Shown piece after piece: positions 22,981-37,225 of a DNA stretch of 64,000 nt. Under the pieces are notes generated by a model. That model saw only the letters and a list, made by a program, of their open reading frames with translations. It had not been told where the DNA came from and ran no database searches. Numbering within the stretch: the first letter of the stretch is position 1; every line of letters starts with the position of its first letter. This DNA comes from Lama glama (taxonomy: Eukaryota). The stretch covers positions 5,582,001 through 5,646,000 of the forward strand of contig CM052817.1 of the NCBI GenBank assembly GCA_028534125.1. The letters are read 5' to 3'. The position numbers were made by a program, and so were the translations under genes.

Positions 22981-24574
22981 AGCCCTTTCCTCCTCGACTT
23001 TTCCCTTTAGTCTTTTCTTCTCGTGCATCTCTGCTGGCTCCCCCACCCCACCTCCTGTCTTTCCTTCTCTCTTTTTCTTTGTTAAGCCTTTGTTATTCAA
23101 GCAGCCTCCTCTCTCTGCCTCCAGGCTCTTGCCTTACATTCCATCATTAGAGCCACAGTTACACAAACCTGTTCACACCTTTCCTTGGCTTAAAGCCCTG
23201 CTGTGGTTGCACTGACCCCATGATGGAGGCCACACTCCGTCCTGGCATTCAAGGCCTTCCAAGATCTGGCCCCAGATGGCCTCTTCCATTTTAGCCCCTC
23301 CTTTGCCTCATTCTGTGCGCCAGTCTCAAAGGCTTTCAGTTCCCATCACAAAATTTCACGTTTCCATGCCTTTGTATATTCTGTTCCCACCTCTTGGAAT
23401 GCCTCCCACCTGCTTTGCTTTCAAAGACAGGGCTCAGGTCCCACCCTATCTCCCTCCAGTGGTGCTTTTCTGACATCACCCCCCCGCCCAACCCATCACT
23501 TTGTGGTTCTGACCACACTCCTTTTCCCCTCACTGCACCCTAGGTAGGCACTGTTCTTCCTGTTAACACTTCTGTCCTCTCCACCACTCTGCGGGAACTC
23601 TTCAATGCTCATCTGGTGGTCCTAGGGCCACCTCATGGCCTGGCACAGAGCGGGTGCAAAGGAAATGCAGTTGGGATGAATGATGTAATGAATAAGTGGA
23701 TAAATGTTCAGGCAGTGGGGACAGAAGCACTTGCTAGTCACTCACAACACATCGGTTGAAACATTGTCAAGATAGGAACACTCCTCTCCTCAAGGAGCTT
23801 CTGCTCTTGAAAGGGAGATAGACATGATGCAGGTCAGAGGGAGGGGGCCTTGGGAAGTCTGATTGTGGAGAAAGCCGCTGTCTGAGAAAACTTCATGGGA
23901 AGGGCTGGCTACGTTTCACTCCGTGTGGTCCAGACACGTCACACATCCCTGTTTGAATCTCAAGTTAGACCTGAATTTAAGACCATTGCTGTCACTTTCC
24001 TTGCGGGATGTTGCGCAAATTACTTAATCTCCCCAACCCTTAGTTTTGGCAAGTGCAGAATGAGACTCAAACACTCTGTAGGATCAGGGACTGCTGGGTA
24101 CAGGGTGGGCTCCCAGCGCTCGTTCGTTTTCCCTCCCACCCACAGTCTCAGCAAAGGTTTGGCCTCAATTCAACTTTCTCCACCCACCTGGCAGAAATGA
24201 CCCCTCCCTCCCACGGGTCACCTAGGCTCCCTCTGTGTAGCGCTCTTTTGGTTCTTGTCAATTTCTGCCTTGTCTTGTGACTAGCTGGATGTGAGCCTTG
24301 TGACCCAGAGGACTTCAGGTTTCTTAGGCTCAGGGTTCTTAGGTTCCTCTTGCCTTGGGATAAACTGCACACAGCTCCAGGCTGGCCCAAATGCCTGCTC
24401 TGAAAATGGTTGTTTAAGGGAGGTTTGTAGTTTTATGACTCTGTGAATGACAATGAGTCCAGGGCCCTATCAAACAAACAGACAAGGATGCAATGTTATT
24501 TTGAGGCTATTGACTTAAATAGGTTAACTATCACACACACAGGCTTCTGGATTCTGCTTTCCCATAGTGGCAGG

Positions 24575-24830
24575 GTCCTTCCTTTGTTCCTTCCTCACTT
24601 CCTCCCCACCATGCTTCTGTCCTTCCTTCTTCCTTCCCTCCTTCCTGTCTTTCCCCGTCCTTGACCATCCCTTCCTTTCTTCTTCACCCTCCCAGTTCCC
24701 TCTTCATTCCTCCCTCCCTCTTTCCCTCCTTCCTTCCTTTTCTTTCTCCCTCCCTCCTCTCATCTCTCCTTCTTCTCTCCCTCCCCACACCCTATTCTTC
24801 CTCACTCTTACCTCCTCTCTCTCTACTTCC
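24575..24830. repeat. Polypyrimidine (CT-rich) low-complexity tract
   Basis: About 250 nt that is almost entirely C/T on the + strand. Confidence 0.85.
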
Positions 24831-26766
24831 AGGAAACCTCGAAGCACTGTGGCCTGAGTCAGTGGGTGAATGGAGGTGCCATTTCCCCAAATTGGGAAGA
24901 CAGATGGAGGAATAGGGGTGGGACTGCAGAATCAGGGTCCCTCTCATGGACGTGTGACATTTAAGATGGTAGTTAGACACCAGGTAGAGCTGGAGTAAAT
25001 GAGGTAAGTTAGAAAGAGCACATAGTAGGTGCTCAGTAAATGATGTGACTGTTCAGACTCTCAGCAAGTTGCCCCAGAATAACATAACTCTCAAGGGAGA
25101 TACAGGGAACGCTGCTGACCCTGGAGGGCTTGGCTTGATGTCTCAGCTCTGTTGCCTTCACTTTCCTGAGTCCCGGTTTCCTCACCAGTAAAATAAGAAT
25201 TCCGGGAGATGTCGAGTGAACGCAGTTTGCCAAGTTTTGATAAAACGCAGTTTATCAAAGAAGCAGGAGGGTAATTATCCCAAAGGCTTTCAGGAGGCCA
25301 TGGGGCCAAGGAAAGTGCCTTCAGCCCCCGCAGGAACTGAGGTTTTCTCTGGAATCATAGCCAGCAAGACAGGTTTGACTTAGCTCTGCCCTGGCTTCTG
25401 TGACAGTCTTCGAGGTCTGGGGCTCTGAGAGGGAGAGCCCGTCTGCGGAGGTCTGGGCACTGAGGTTTTCCAGAGATTGTTTTTGCGTCTTGATGTGGGC
25501 TGTGAGGCATTTCTCTGAGCAGGAAACAGTCTTCTCCACCTACTGGGTGTGAGAAAGTGAAGACTTTTTTTGGAACAAAAATATTGACCTATTTTTAAAA
25601 AAAATCAGTAGAAATGATGGATTATTCATCTAGACCGTGTATTTGCTAAGTACAGAGATTGATTTCTTCTGGAAGGAGTGGCAGCAGCTGGGGCACCTCG
25701 CACCAACCCAGGGTGTGCGGGGACGTGAAAACCCAGTGAATAGCTGTTTCATCCAGTTAATCACCAGGGTCTTGTTTCTCGTCTCTTAAAAGACTACCGC
25801 AGTGAAGGCAGGTTTCTTCCGTGTTTCTGGCCTGTCTCAAGCCCAGAGAAGCATTATTAACACAAAGTCATGACAATGACGACAATAAGGCTAATAACCA
25901 GGTTTCCTGAGTGCATTCAGAGCGCAGGTACTTTAGAGGCACTGTCCCAGCTGTTGGTCACGGTGATTCTTTCTCTGCACATGGGAATAATCACTCCCAA
26001 ATCTGCTCCTTTTATGAGATCAGATTTTTACAATGTGCTTTTTCTTTCTTTCTTTTTTGTGCTTCTTATTTCAAATGAGGCATATCCGTGTATACAACAC
26101 ACTGCATCTCTGTCTAGCCTGCCATCCCTGGAAAAGGGCACTGTGCTCTTTGTCCCTAAGGGACTAGAAGTAAGCTGCTTACGTAAGATCAGCCCAGGGG
26201 AGGTGGCCGTACAGGTGGTAGAGATAAAAAGTTCAGGACACAATTGATGGATTTTGGAAACCATTTCCACGTGTGAGAAAGTGAAGGTTGTGAAAAGAGA
26301 TGGTTCCAAGGACCTGTGGGAAGAGGGGCGGGGCGCTGCAGGGGATGGTGGCAGAGAGCAGGGGAGGGCCGAGAGGGGAGGGATGAAGGCTGCAGGATGT
26401 CAAGATGCAACTGTCCCTGCTCTCAGGGAGCCCACAGTCTTGTTGCACAGCCAGGACTCACAGAAATCCCTAGAGGATGATTGACAGGTTTGCAAAACCC
26501 GGTGTGCAGTCTGGTGTGGCGGAGGAGGGAGCGGTCAGGGTGGGTCCCCGTGGGATCCCAGCCCACCCTGATAACTTCCCGGCAGATGCAGACAGTTCAT
26601 GAACACTGGTCTGGGCTTCACTTTGTCTCCCTCCTCACAATGCATGCTCATCTCAGTCTGATATCTTCGCTCTTCTGCAGACACAGCCCCGCCCAGACAC
26701 GCCTTGTTTCTTTGGGCTTCTGTCCCTGCTGTGGGTAAAGCCAGCCCATATCAGTGTCCCAGAAAT

Positions 26767-27110
26767 TCTTCTTCTTCTTCTTCTTCTTTTTTTTTAAAAC
26801 AATGATTTTCTTGAGATATAGCCCGCATACTGTACAATTCACCCATTTAAAGTGTGCGCGAGCCACCAGTTTGCAGAATATTCACAGACAGGTGTAACCA
26901 TCACCACGGTCAATTTTAGAACATTTTATTGTTGCAAAAAGAAACCCTGTGTCCTTTAGCTGTCATCCCCCTATATCTCTTACCCACCACCCCAGGCCCT
27001 CCTAGGCAACCACGATCTACTCTCTGTCTCTAGATTTGCCTGGTCTGGACATTTTTATAAATGGATCTCATCTTGGCAACTGGCTTCTTTCACTTAGCAT
27101 ATGTTTTCAA
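26767..27110 (-). mobile_element. L1M 3' end with a (CTT)n/T tail
   Basis: ttgagatatagcccgcatactgtacaattcacccatttaaagtgt...aattttagaacatttt...ggcaaccac... Confidence 0.75.
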
Positions 27111-29559
27111 TCTCATGGCTGTCCTGGAGGTGGGCGTTATCACCACCATTTTCCAGACCAGGAAGCTGAAAGGGCTTCAGGGGCAGGTTTGAGCCCTGGT
27201 CACTGGAAATATTCAACAGTGGAAATCACTGGAAATATTCGAACAGAGTGAGAAAGAGAAGGAGGACATGCTCCTTGCTTCAGTGCTGTGGGGCGATGCT
27301 AACAGGAGATGGAGAAGGCGAAACCCTTTACATGCGTTTTGCTTGTCTTCTCCGTCATGCAGGGGGATCTCTGGAACCTGCAGAGAGGAATGGGGAAGGC
27401 AGCCAAGCCCACAGCCTGGGGGTGACTTTGGTGGTGGCTGGGTGGAAACTGTGGTGTTGGCGGTTTTTTTCAACAGCCTGAACTGAGCTCCCTTTCTGTG
27501 CCAGGCACTGGCTGGGCTCTGGGATGGCAGGATGATGGAGGCGGCCCTGCACGGAGGGCTTCAGGAGAGGGCGAGGGCGGGGCAGTGAGGAGCAGCAGAG
27601 CATGATGGCTAAGAGCCCCCTGCCCCTGGCAGGGCATGTAACCCCCCTTCTCTGCCTCAGCTTCCTCATCTGTTTAATGGAGATGATCATGGCCCCTACC
27701 CCACAGGGTTGTATGAGAATCAGTGAGTTAGTACCTATAGAATGCTTAGAGGAGCCCCTGGCATATAGTAAGGGATGTCGATTATTATGATGAAATAAAC
27801 AATTCAGGGCCCAGGGTGGGTGGGTGGATAGAAGGGTAGCCTGGGGCAAGGGTTGGGAGTTTAGGGAGAGGTCCCAGAGGAGGACCTTCTGCTTTTGCTG
27901 GAGTCTGGAAGTGAGTCTAGAACCCTTCATGCAGGCATCAGACCTTGGCTTTGTCTAGTGGGCAGTGGGGAGCCATTGAAGTTTTTAAAAGAAGGAAGTG
28001 ATGTGATTAGATTTGTATTTCAGAATGATCATTCTGTCTGCAGGGTGAGGCCTGGTTTTCAGAGGAGTAAGCAGGAGGCTGGGTGATCAGTAAGGAACTG
28101 ACTAATGAGAAAGCTACCCTGAATTTAAATAATGATCAGAGAACACACAGAATATAGAGAATAGAGTGTGACAGTGACATCCAGCAAAATTCTGGAGCAG
28201 AGAAAGATACAAGGGGTTTTGAGCAATTACTTCAGGAAGGGGAGCAGTGGTCCCAAGGCCCAGCCTGCGGTCACTGTGAGAGAGAGAGTCTTGCCTAACT
28301 CCTTGAATTTTCTTCCATATTTGGTGTGCTGGGGTGGGGTTTCTGGTCTACTATAGAAAATACAGACCTAATGTCAGGACTGCAGCATCAGCAAGATGAT
28401 GCTGGCTGGGCACTGATTGGAAAGGAAGTCAGGCTGCACGTGGAGTGTCATGCCCCCTTTGAGCATCATGAGCACCTGTAGGAGGGCGGAATGAAGGATG
28501 TTCAGTCTGAAAGAGAGAGGATGTGAGCTGGTGGGGTAGAAAGTGCCACAGCCCAGCTCCCGTCAGCTCCAGGTCATCCTTCTGCTCCCAGCAAACCAGA
28601 GCCACTTCTCCAGGGAAGCCCTTCCTAATGGCTTCAGACCAGATGCGGCTTCTGGGCTGAATGTTCTCACAGTACCCTGTTCGTTTTCTTCTTAATGCTT
28701 ACTGAGCGGGAGATTGTGTTACTTAGTTTGTTTGTTGATCTGACCAGACTGTGAGCTCCTGAGGGCAGAGACCTTGTCTGAATGTGCTTCTCACTATAAC
28801 CCGAGCTCCTGGCACAGTGCCCAACCTGTAATAAATGCCAACTGGTATTTACTAAATCATCAACTGAATGGGTGGATGGACGAATGGATGAATGAATGAG
28901 AGTGATGGCAGAACCTCCAGCGAAGAGGATGGCAGGTCTGGGAGACTGATCGCAGTTCAGTGTAAGGACGAGCATCCTAATATAAGCACCAGCGGGTGAT
29001 GGAAGGGCGCACTGGGACGGCCAACCTCCCGGCCCCGAGCATGTCCTTCTAGGTGGGGACCAGACAGCCGCTGGTCATGAGGTACTGGGAAGCACCCTTC
29101 CTTGAGATGGGAGATGCAGATGAGCTTTGTGGGCCCTTCCACCTCTAAGATTCTAGACTCCTAGGAGGGATTTGGGTTCCTAACACAGAGGAGGGTTCTC
29201 CCCTCTCCTAATACTACACATTTCAGGATTATTCTCAAGCAATGTGGCTGGTAAATTTTCTAATTGGTTCTAATTTGTTGGATGTTTCTTTGTGACGGTA
29301 GTGATGACAATAACATTCCCTTTATAGAATTTTCTTCTAGGTGCTCTTCATGTAGTGACTCATTTCATCTCCTCTATATCCTCAGAGATAGTCAATCTTC
29401 TTATTATCCACATTTGACAGATGGGGAAGCTGAGGCACAGAGAAGTTAAGTAATTCTCAATGTCATAAACTATAGTATGTGGTAGAAAAACAATTTGAAG
29501 CCAGGTAGTCAGCTCCTACCACTACACTCTATGTGCAGTCTTTTTATATAAGAGATTTT

Positions 29560-30520
29560 TGTCAATATGCAAGGTGATATTATAAAATCACGTTTTTTGA
29601 TCGAGTGTCCTGTCTTATGTCTACTAGATTTGTCTAGTTCTGAAATCTTCCACTCTGTTTTTTTTTTAAGTAGCAGTTAAATATATGAAGCAAAAACTAA
29701 TTTACTTGGGCACACGTGTGGCTATTGTATCTTCCTCATACGTCATGGCTATTTATTTTTTTCCTGTGTAATAATAAAGGTGAGGGAATTCCTTGTCCTA
29801 TTTTTTACATTGAACCCTGAGTCCCATGTGGTCTGATATTAATGGTCCTGTTTCTCCTGTCTTTTTGTTTGTGTTGCTTACTTCCTCTTAGTCCAGCATT
29901 CTATTTCCCTCTGTTATCACTGAGTTAAAAGTGTGATTCATATGAAGAACATATAGCTAGGTTTTATTTTTAATTCAATATTCTCATCCTTGTTTATTAA
30001 TTAATGAGGGATTTAGATCATTCTAATTTACTGTAACAATTTGTGTAGTGGACTTTATTGTTTCCATTTTTAAGTGATTGTAGTGATTTATTTTATATAC
30101 TGTTTCCACATTTTTCTTTTCCACATGCTTGTTTTTGGAGCCCTTGAACATTTTATTGTGTGTTTCTATTCCGTTGATGGCTAGCTTCCTTTTCCTCATT
30201 CTCATAATCAGATGCACATTACTTCATTCTTATCTGGAAGCCCAAATACTCCACATCTCCCCTGGCACATTGCTTGCTCCAAGACACTCCCATTTCCTCT
30301 CTATTCCAGTGAGATGAGACTTTTAGAATACATTTGTTTCCCTTTTCCCCCTGGTACCCATCTCTTTACCTTGAGAACTTTGAAAGGTTTTTCATCTCTG
30401 CTCCTCATTCAGTCCATCCTCAACTTTATTCTATGTCACAAATCGTTACAGAGTGTGTAAATTAGACATTTCCAGACAAGTTATCTTGCATTTGGATTTA
30501 ACTTCTCTTATCTGTTTTCT
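29560..30520 (-). mobile_element. Ancient L1/HAL1-like fragment
   Basis: T-rich degraded text (tggtctgatattaat...catatagctaggttttatttttaattcaat...) typical of old antisense L1. Confidence 0.45.
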
Positions 30521-30554
30521 TTTCTATTAATTTGTTTATCTGTCTACCAGACTC

Positions 30555-30760
30555 ATTCACCCATCCTCCCATCCATCCTCCATTCATCTTTCCTCCATCC
30601 ATCCATCCTCTATCCATCCTCTATCCATCCATCCATCCATCATCCACCCATCATCCATCCACCCATCCATCCATCCTCCATCCATCCATCATCCATCCAC
30701 CCACCATCCACCCATTTTACACCCTCCCTCCCTTCCTCCTTTTTCTCCTTCCTTCCATTA
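30555..30760. repeat. Degenerate (CCAT)n tandem repeat
   Basis: Repeated CCAT/CCATC units, followed by CCTT units. Confidence 0.9.
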
Positions 30761-31610
30761 CACATTCATCTACATCTTTAATCTATTGCAAAGTTTATTG
30801 CTCACTCTTGTTCCCCCTCCTCTTCATCTTTTATTATGAGGACTCTCTCTTGGTTCACTGGTGGTTTGGTTAAAGCCCTTTGTCAGGCTAGTTATGTGGG
30901 TGACATTTTCCCTTCATTTCTTTTTTCTCTGTCACCTTCTCAGAAAATTCTTTTCTGACCACCCACCCTCACCCTCAGTCCTCCCGGCTTTACTCTTCTT
31001 CAGGCACTCGGCACTACCTGGTGTTTATTCTATGTTTATTATTTATTTGCTTATTTTTCTGACTTCCCCACTAGAATGTTAAACTCACCAAGGGCAGATA
31101 CTTTATTTTATTGACAATTTTCTATCCCAAGTGCCTGGACCGTAGCTGGAGCTCAACAAATATCTGTCAATCAATTATATTTGGCGTCTCCTCACCCATC
31201 TTTCTGACTTTTGTCCTGACAGCGGGGGGACATCCTGGCTGGGAACAGGGTTATTGAGATGCAGCCCTTTCCTTGTGGTTCATCTTAGCTTCTTTTCCAC
31301 TGGCTTCCAGATTCCCCACGATGCAGATGAGAAGTCTGGTACTAGCTCATTCCTCTATATTTTGTGCACACCTCAATTTATGCAATGTTATACATGAATA
31401 TTTTTGTCTCTCCAGCAATCTTATTTGTTTACCTTTGAGCCCCTGGCAAAATGCCTCATGGATAGTAGGATTCCCCAAATATTTGCTGTATAAATAAATG
31501 GATGGGAGGACGGATGAAAGAAGGAAGGAAGGACTCCAAGAGTGTGAGAAGACATACAATGTATTCATCACAACTCTTGAAACGTGAATGAGAGAGATGT
31601 TCCTAGAGAT

Positions 31611-31801
31611 GCTGTTCTTCTCAAGGCGGGGGTCCCAGACCCACAGCATCACCTCGACCTGGGAACTTGTCAGAGGTGCAAATTTGGGGGCCCCACCCCA
31701 GACCTACTGAATTAGAAACTCGGTGGGTGGGGCCCAGCTCTCTAGGTTTTAACAAGCCCTCCAGGTGATTCTGATGCAGGCTCAAGTTTGAGAACCACTG
31801 C
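31611..31801. mobile_element. MER5A (hAT-Charlie) DNA transposon
   Basis: Terminal inverted ends ctgttcttctcaa...tttgagaaccactg; internal acctgggaacttgtcaga...ccccagacctactgaattagaaactc...ttttaacaagccctccaggtgattctgatgca. Confidence 0.85.
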
Positions 31802-32884
31802 TGGAGACCCATCCCATTTTATAGATGAGAAAAGTGAGGCTCGGAGCAGGGGAGTAACCTGCCTGAACTCACACCTTCCATCAGTGGCACAGGCAGGTCC
31901 CCATAGTTACAGCTGTGGTCTTGCCAACCCCACCAGGCTGCCTCAACGCATCTGGTTACTTCTCTTTGTCATCAAAATGAACCATGCATTTGTCAAACCA
32001 TTTCAAAGCACAGGGATTGAATCTCCATTCTTACAAGCATTCTTATTTCACTGGGGGTTTTCCAGGATGTAAAAAAAAAAGTGACTTAGAGTTGTTTCTA
32101 TAAGACGTTGAGCAATGGAAAGGAGCCAGGTGATTGCATTACTCACCGCAGGCTTCTTAGGAGGGGGCTGTAAGGTTATAGCTCCCCGTCAGGCTCAGGG
32201 CCTTCTCTGGGGCCATGACGCATCCCACACACGAGCTGGTTTCCTCGCGTTCCTGGGACAGGGTGTGTGGGTGGTGGTGCCTGTTGATCCAGGAGCGGAA
32301 TTAGGGACTTTGATGTTGATCAAGTCCCCATGATCAATGCGTTTTTCTGGCTGATTTCTTCATTTGGTTACAAGTTTCTTTTTAATGTATTTTGTGTATT
32401 CCTTCCCAGTCTTATTTGCATGCCTATTTTTAGTTTGTTTTCATATTTTTTGTCAACCGTGCTGGATATACTGTCAAAGAATGTTCCTTTTCTTCACTTC
32501 ACCCAGCACCGCCCTTTCCATGGCTGCTATAGACCCCGCCCTATAGTTAAAAAAAATTGAACTTTCTATTTTACAGAAGAGAAGCAAAGATAGGACAGAA
32601 AGTTCCTGGACACCTGTATACTCCTGACTTTTATTCTTTAGAGAGCAGGATTTTAGGATAAGAGAACTGAGATTTTTGAACAGAGCAGTGACACTCCTAG
32701 GTTGATCATTTTGGGTGGAAATCTTCTAGATGTCTGCTGCTGCTTTGGCAACTTTGTGGAATGTGTATCTCTTGTCAGACTCTGGGATATGCACAGGGAA
32801 GGTACAATGAAAAATAGGACGTGGTTTTACCTTCCAGATTCAGCTCACCAAGCCAATAGTACAATTTGTTTTGTATATATTTAA

Positions 32885-34580
32885 AAATTTTTAAGTTGTG
32901 ATAAAATATACAGATCAGACAACTTCCCAACATAGTCATTTACTTGTATGGTTCAGTAGGGTTAAGTGCATTCATATTGTGAGTTAATTACAATTAGTCT
33001 CCAGCACTTTTCCATCTTGTAAAATAGAAAGTCTGTATTATTAAATAACTTCCCGTTTCTCCCTCACCCCAGCCCTCCGCAACCACCATTTTACTTTTTT
33101 GTCCCTATGAATTTAACTACTCTAAGGAATCTCATTTGATGGAATCACACAGCCTTTGTCTTCTTGGGACTGGCTTGCTTCACTTGGCATGATGTCCTCC
33201 AAGTTCCTCCACGTTGTAGCGCGTGTCTTGTTTTTAAAAGCTGAATTATAGTCCATTGTATGGATACACCACCCTTTGTTTATCCATTTGTCCATCGATG
33301 GACACTAGGATTGCTTCCACCTTTTGGCTATTGGGAATAATGCTGCCATGAATGCGGGTGCACAGATAGCCCTTTGTGTCCCCGCTTTTGATCCTTTTGT
33401 GTATAAACCCAGAAATGGAATTGCTGGACCATGGGGAGTTACTGATTTTAATATTTTGAGAAACTGCCATACTGTTTTCCAGAGTGGCCATACCATTTTA
33501 CATTCCCATCAAGAGTAAAGGTTTCCAATTTCTCCACATCCTGGGCAACATTTGTTATCTTCCTTCCTTCCTTCCTTCCTTCCTTCCTTCCTTCCTTCCT
33601 TCCCTCTCTCCCCCCTCCCTCCCTCTCTCCCTCTCTCCCTCGCCTTCCCTTGTTTGAGCAGTGGCCATCCCACCACACTTGAGGCAGCATCTCTGTGATT
33701 TTCCTTTCCGTAATTAGTGATGTTGAGCATCTTTTCATGTGTTAATTATCCGTTTCCATATGTTCTCTGGAAAAATATCTATTCAAATCCTTTGCTCATA
33801 TTTTGCAAAAAACTTTTTTGGTTAAATTGGAGTTCTTTATAGACTCTGGATACTAACATCTTATTAGATATATGATTTGAAAATATCTTCTCCCGTTGTG
33901 TGGGTTAATAGTATTCTCTGATGCATAAATTTTTTTTTTCATTTGATGTAGCCCAATTTACCTACTTCTTACGTTTGTGCCTTGTGCTTTTGGCATCAAA
34001 TCCAACAAATCATTGCCAAATCTAACAATGTAAAGCTTTCCCCTTATGTTTTCTTCTAAGAGTTTTATAGTTTTAGGTTTTACTTTGAAGTCTTTGACTC
34101 CTTTTGAGTTAATTTTTGAATATACTGTAAAGTAAGGGTCCAGCTTCATTTTTAAAAAATAAATTTTATTTCATTAAAATCTTTTTATATGAAGATGAAT
34201 GTATGTATATGCATGACTGGGACATTGTGCTGTACAACAGAAATGGACACATCGTAATTGATTGGGCTTCAATTAAAACTTTTTTTTTAAATAGAGCTAC
34301 TGGGGATTGAACCCAGAACCTCACACATGCTCTACTGCTGAGCTGTACCCCCACCTGCCTTTTGTTTTTTTTAATGGAGGTACTGAGGCTTGAACCCAGG
34401 ACTTTGTGCATGCTAAGCATGCGCATTACTGCTGAGCTCCGCCCCTACCCTCTAGCTTCATTATTTTACATATGGATACCCAGTTTCCCAGCACTGGTTG
34501 TTGAAACAAATGTCCTTTCCCCATTGAATTGTCTTGGCACCCTGGTCAAAAATCATTTGACCCTACGTGTGAGGGTTTAA
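32885..34580 (-). mobile_element. L1MA/MB-type 3' fragment, interrupted by (CCTT)n, an L1 tail and SINEs
   Basis: Minus-strand translations resemble the L1 ORF2 C-terminus (MKLDPYFTVYSKINSKGVKDFKVKPKTIKLLEEN; PLWKTVWQFLK...PAIPFLGLY). Ends ~80 nt before OTOP1 exon 2. Confidence 0.85.
34280..34452 (-). mobile_element. Two tandem Vic-1-like SINEs
   Basis: ctactggggattgaacccagaacc...ctgagctgtacccc and ggaggtactgaggcttgaacccaggactttgtgcatgctaagcatgc...ctgagctccgcccc are reverse complements of the SINE at 5508. Confidence 0.85.
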
Positions 34581-34657
34581 TATAATTTATTTTGAAATGA
34601 TATCAGTGCATAATAACACTTACGTGTGTGTTTCTAACACCCGTTCCCCTAATTTAG

Positions 34658-34794
34658 GTAGCATCACATTGTTTGCAGCCATTACCATCATCCTGGGATG
34701 CCTTAAAATTGGGTACTTCGTTGGATTTTCTGAATGTTTATCAGCCACTGAAGGAGTTTTCCCTGTCACACATGCAGTCCACACTCTGTTGCAG
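34658..34794 (+). CDS. OTOP1: OTOP1 coding exon 2
   Basis: Acceptor cccctaatttag|; (G)SITLFAAITIILGCLKIGYFVGFSECLSATEGVFPVTHAVHTLLQ; donor CAG|GTAAAC. Confidence 0.96.
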
Positions 34795-36014
34795 GTAAAC
34801 CACGTGGTCTTTGCTTATGTTGCCTTGGTTTCTGTTAAGTGTATCCCAGGGTGTGCAAAACAGGATACTTGGCGGGGAAGTGTGAGGCGAGGCTCAGTCC
34901 TTTTAGCTGCCTCTGCTGTAAAATGGGACTGCGTGTCCTCTTGGCCATTTTAAGGGGAATCTTATGAAGCAGAACTTACACTGATGAAGAGTCGGGAAAT
35001 TCTGCCAAGTCAGAGACAAACGGAAAAGGCCTGGGGGAATTTTAATGACAGTTTATTGAGATAGAATTCACCTGCCATACAATTTACTCATTTAAAAGTG
35101 TACAATTCAGAGGGTTAGCATTTCATAGGGTTGTGTAATCCTCACCACGATCAATTTTAGAACATTGTCATCACCCCCAAGAGACTTTGTGAGCCATTAC
35201 AGTCATGCCTCTGAGTCACTGAAACACTTTTTTTGTTTGCTTACTTGTGGATTAAAATCTTTAGAAATGTATGAGAGGTTCTTTCTCAGCATTGGTCAAC
35301 ATGGTTTGGCTAAGAAGCGAGGATTTGATATATAATTTAAATCTATAGCTTAGAATCAGAAAAATCTCATGTTTGAAAAAAAAAATTTTAGATGGGCCTC
35401 CGGTGTAGTTTCCAGAAATCCCTGGAGATGGCGCTCAGAGTTGAGATAATAATAAAGGAAATACTTAGTACTTCTCTAGGACTTTAGAATAGGCAAAGTA
35501 CTTTTCATTCATCACTTTGTGTAAGGCTCCCAGCAACTCCACAGGAACAGCTGTTGGATTGTCACACACAATCCTAAGGAAGAAGTTGGAGGTCAGAGAG
35601 GACAAATGACTTGCCCAAGGTCACAGTCAAGACACGATTCCTCTCCATGCAAGTCACCCCGGAAGATCATGGACTTGGTCCAGTGGTACTGCTATTGCTC
35701 AGAATATTTCTGGATTCTCAGTTTGGGAACATCCTTCAGGTCCAATTTCTCATCTCCAAACACCAACGATGCCATTTTTAATCTCTGTCCTTTATAAAAA
35801 GTGGTCTCCACTCTGTGCGCCTCTGTACAGGTGACTGCCTGCCGGGTCTTGGTGACTTTAGGGTGCTTCTTGAGGTCAAACACATTCTCGCAGGTGAAGC
35901 TCCATGGGGGCTGTGCCAGGCGGGCTTGCGTCGTCTGGCCTCTGTGGGGGCCCTGGTGGAACTGGGCAGCAGCTTCCAGGGAGACTGGTTTGAAGGGGTC
36001 ACCTTGCATTCGGA

Positions 36015-36150
36015 GAGTTGTTACAGGCTGAATGGGGTCCCCCGCATTCATATGTTGAAGTGCTAACCTCCAGGACCTCGGAATGTGACTGCGTTTGGAG
36101 ACGGTCTTGACAGAGAGAATTAAGGTTAAATGAGAAGACATGTGAGTTGT
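36015..36150 (+). mobile_element. MaLR LTR 5' fragment
   Basis: tgttacaggctgaatggggtcccccgcattcatatgttgaagtgctaacctccaggacctcggaatgtgactgc. Confidence 0.7.
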
Positions 36151-36664
36151 AGGGGGCTGTAAGCTGGGACAAGAGGCATGGACTGGAGCCATGGTTTAGT
36201 GTAGGGCTTATAAGCATGAACTCAGGTCAGACGACCTGGCTCTAGCTCATACCAGCAGTGTGACCTCGGGCAAATTACTTAACCTCTCTGGGCCTCATCG
36301 GGTCTCATCTATAAAGCACCTCCTCCGTGGGGTTGTTGTGAGGATGAAGGCGCTGATGTGTTTGAAGCATTTTGCAGTGAGTGCTTTGTCTAGACTGACA
36401 GCCGCCTAGGAGCTTCAACTTTACCTTGAGGGCAATGGGGAGCCATTGAAGGCTCCAGGCAGAAGAATGGCCTGAACAGATTTGAGTTTTCAGAATATCA
36501 CTCCGTTGCTTGGTGCGCTGGTGATCTCTTTTCTTCCTAATTTAAGGCATTGTATCAATCAGTCAGTCAATCAATCCATCTTTCTATACCTATTGGACAC
36601 GCCCTACATGCATTTGCTACATTCGATGATGGGAAAGTGAAAAATACTATTTTTTAGAAATAGA

Positions 36665-37225
36665 TTTATTTTTAGATTGTGGTAAAATACACATAACATT
36701 TGCCATCTTAGCATTTTTAAGTGTGCGTTTCAGTAGAGCTAAGTATAGTCACATTGTCGTGCAACCAGCTTCTGGAACTCTTTCATTTTGCAAAAAATCA
36801 GATTCTGTGCCCATTCAACACTAACTCCTGATTCCTACCACCACCAGCTCCTGGCAACCATCATACAACTTTCTGTCTCTATGAATTTGATTACTTTCTG
36901 TCCCTGAATCAGACAAGTGGAATCATATGGGATTTCCTTCTGTGATGGGCCTGTTTCACTCAACATCATGTCCTCAGGGTTCATTCACATTGTAGCAGGT
37001 GTCAGAATTTCCTTCCTTTTTAAGGCTGAATACTCTTCCATTGTATTGATGGGCCATATTTTGTTTATCCATCCATTGATGAATATGCGGGTTGCTTCCA
37101 TCTTTTGGCCATTGTGAAAAACGTTGTCATGAACATGGGGGTACAAATACCTTTTTGAGACCCTGCTTTCAATTCTTTTTGGCTATATACCCAAAAGCGA
37201 GATTGCTGGATTATATAGTAATTTA
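36665..37225 (-). mobile_element. L1MA/MB 3' end
   Basis: attgtggtaaaatacacataacatttgccatctta...ctggcaaccatc...ttccttcctttttaaggctgaata... Confidence 0.8.

Noticed and set aside
30555..30760. Repeat array considered as CRISPR-like or as a coding His/Pro repeat
   Set aside because: Simple degenerate CCAT microsatellite with no unique spacers, in a mammalian intron.
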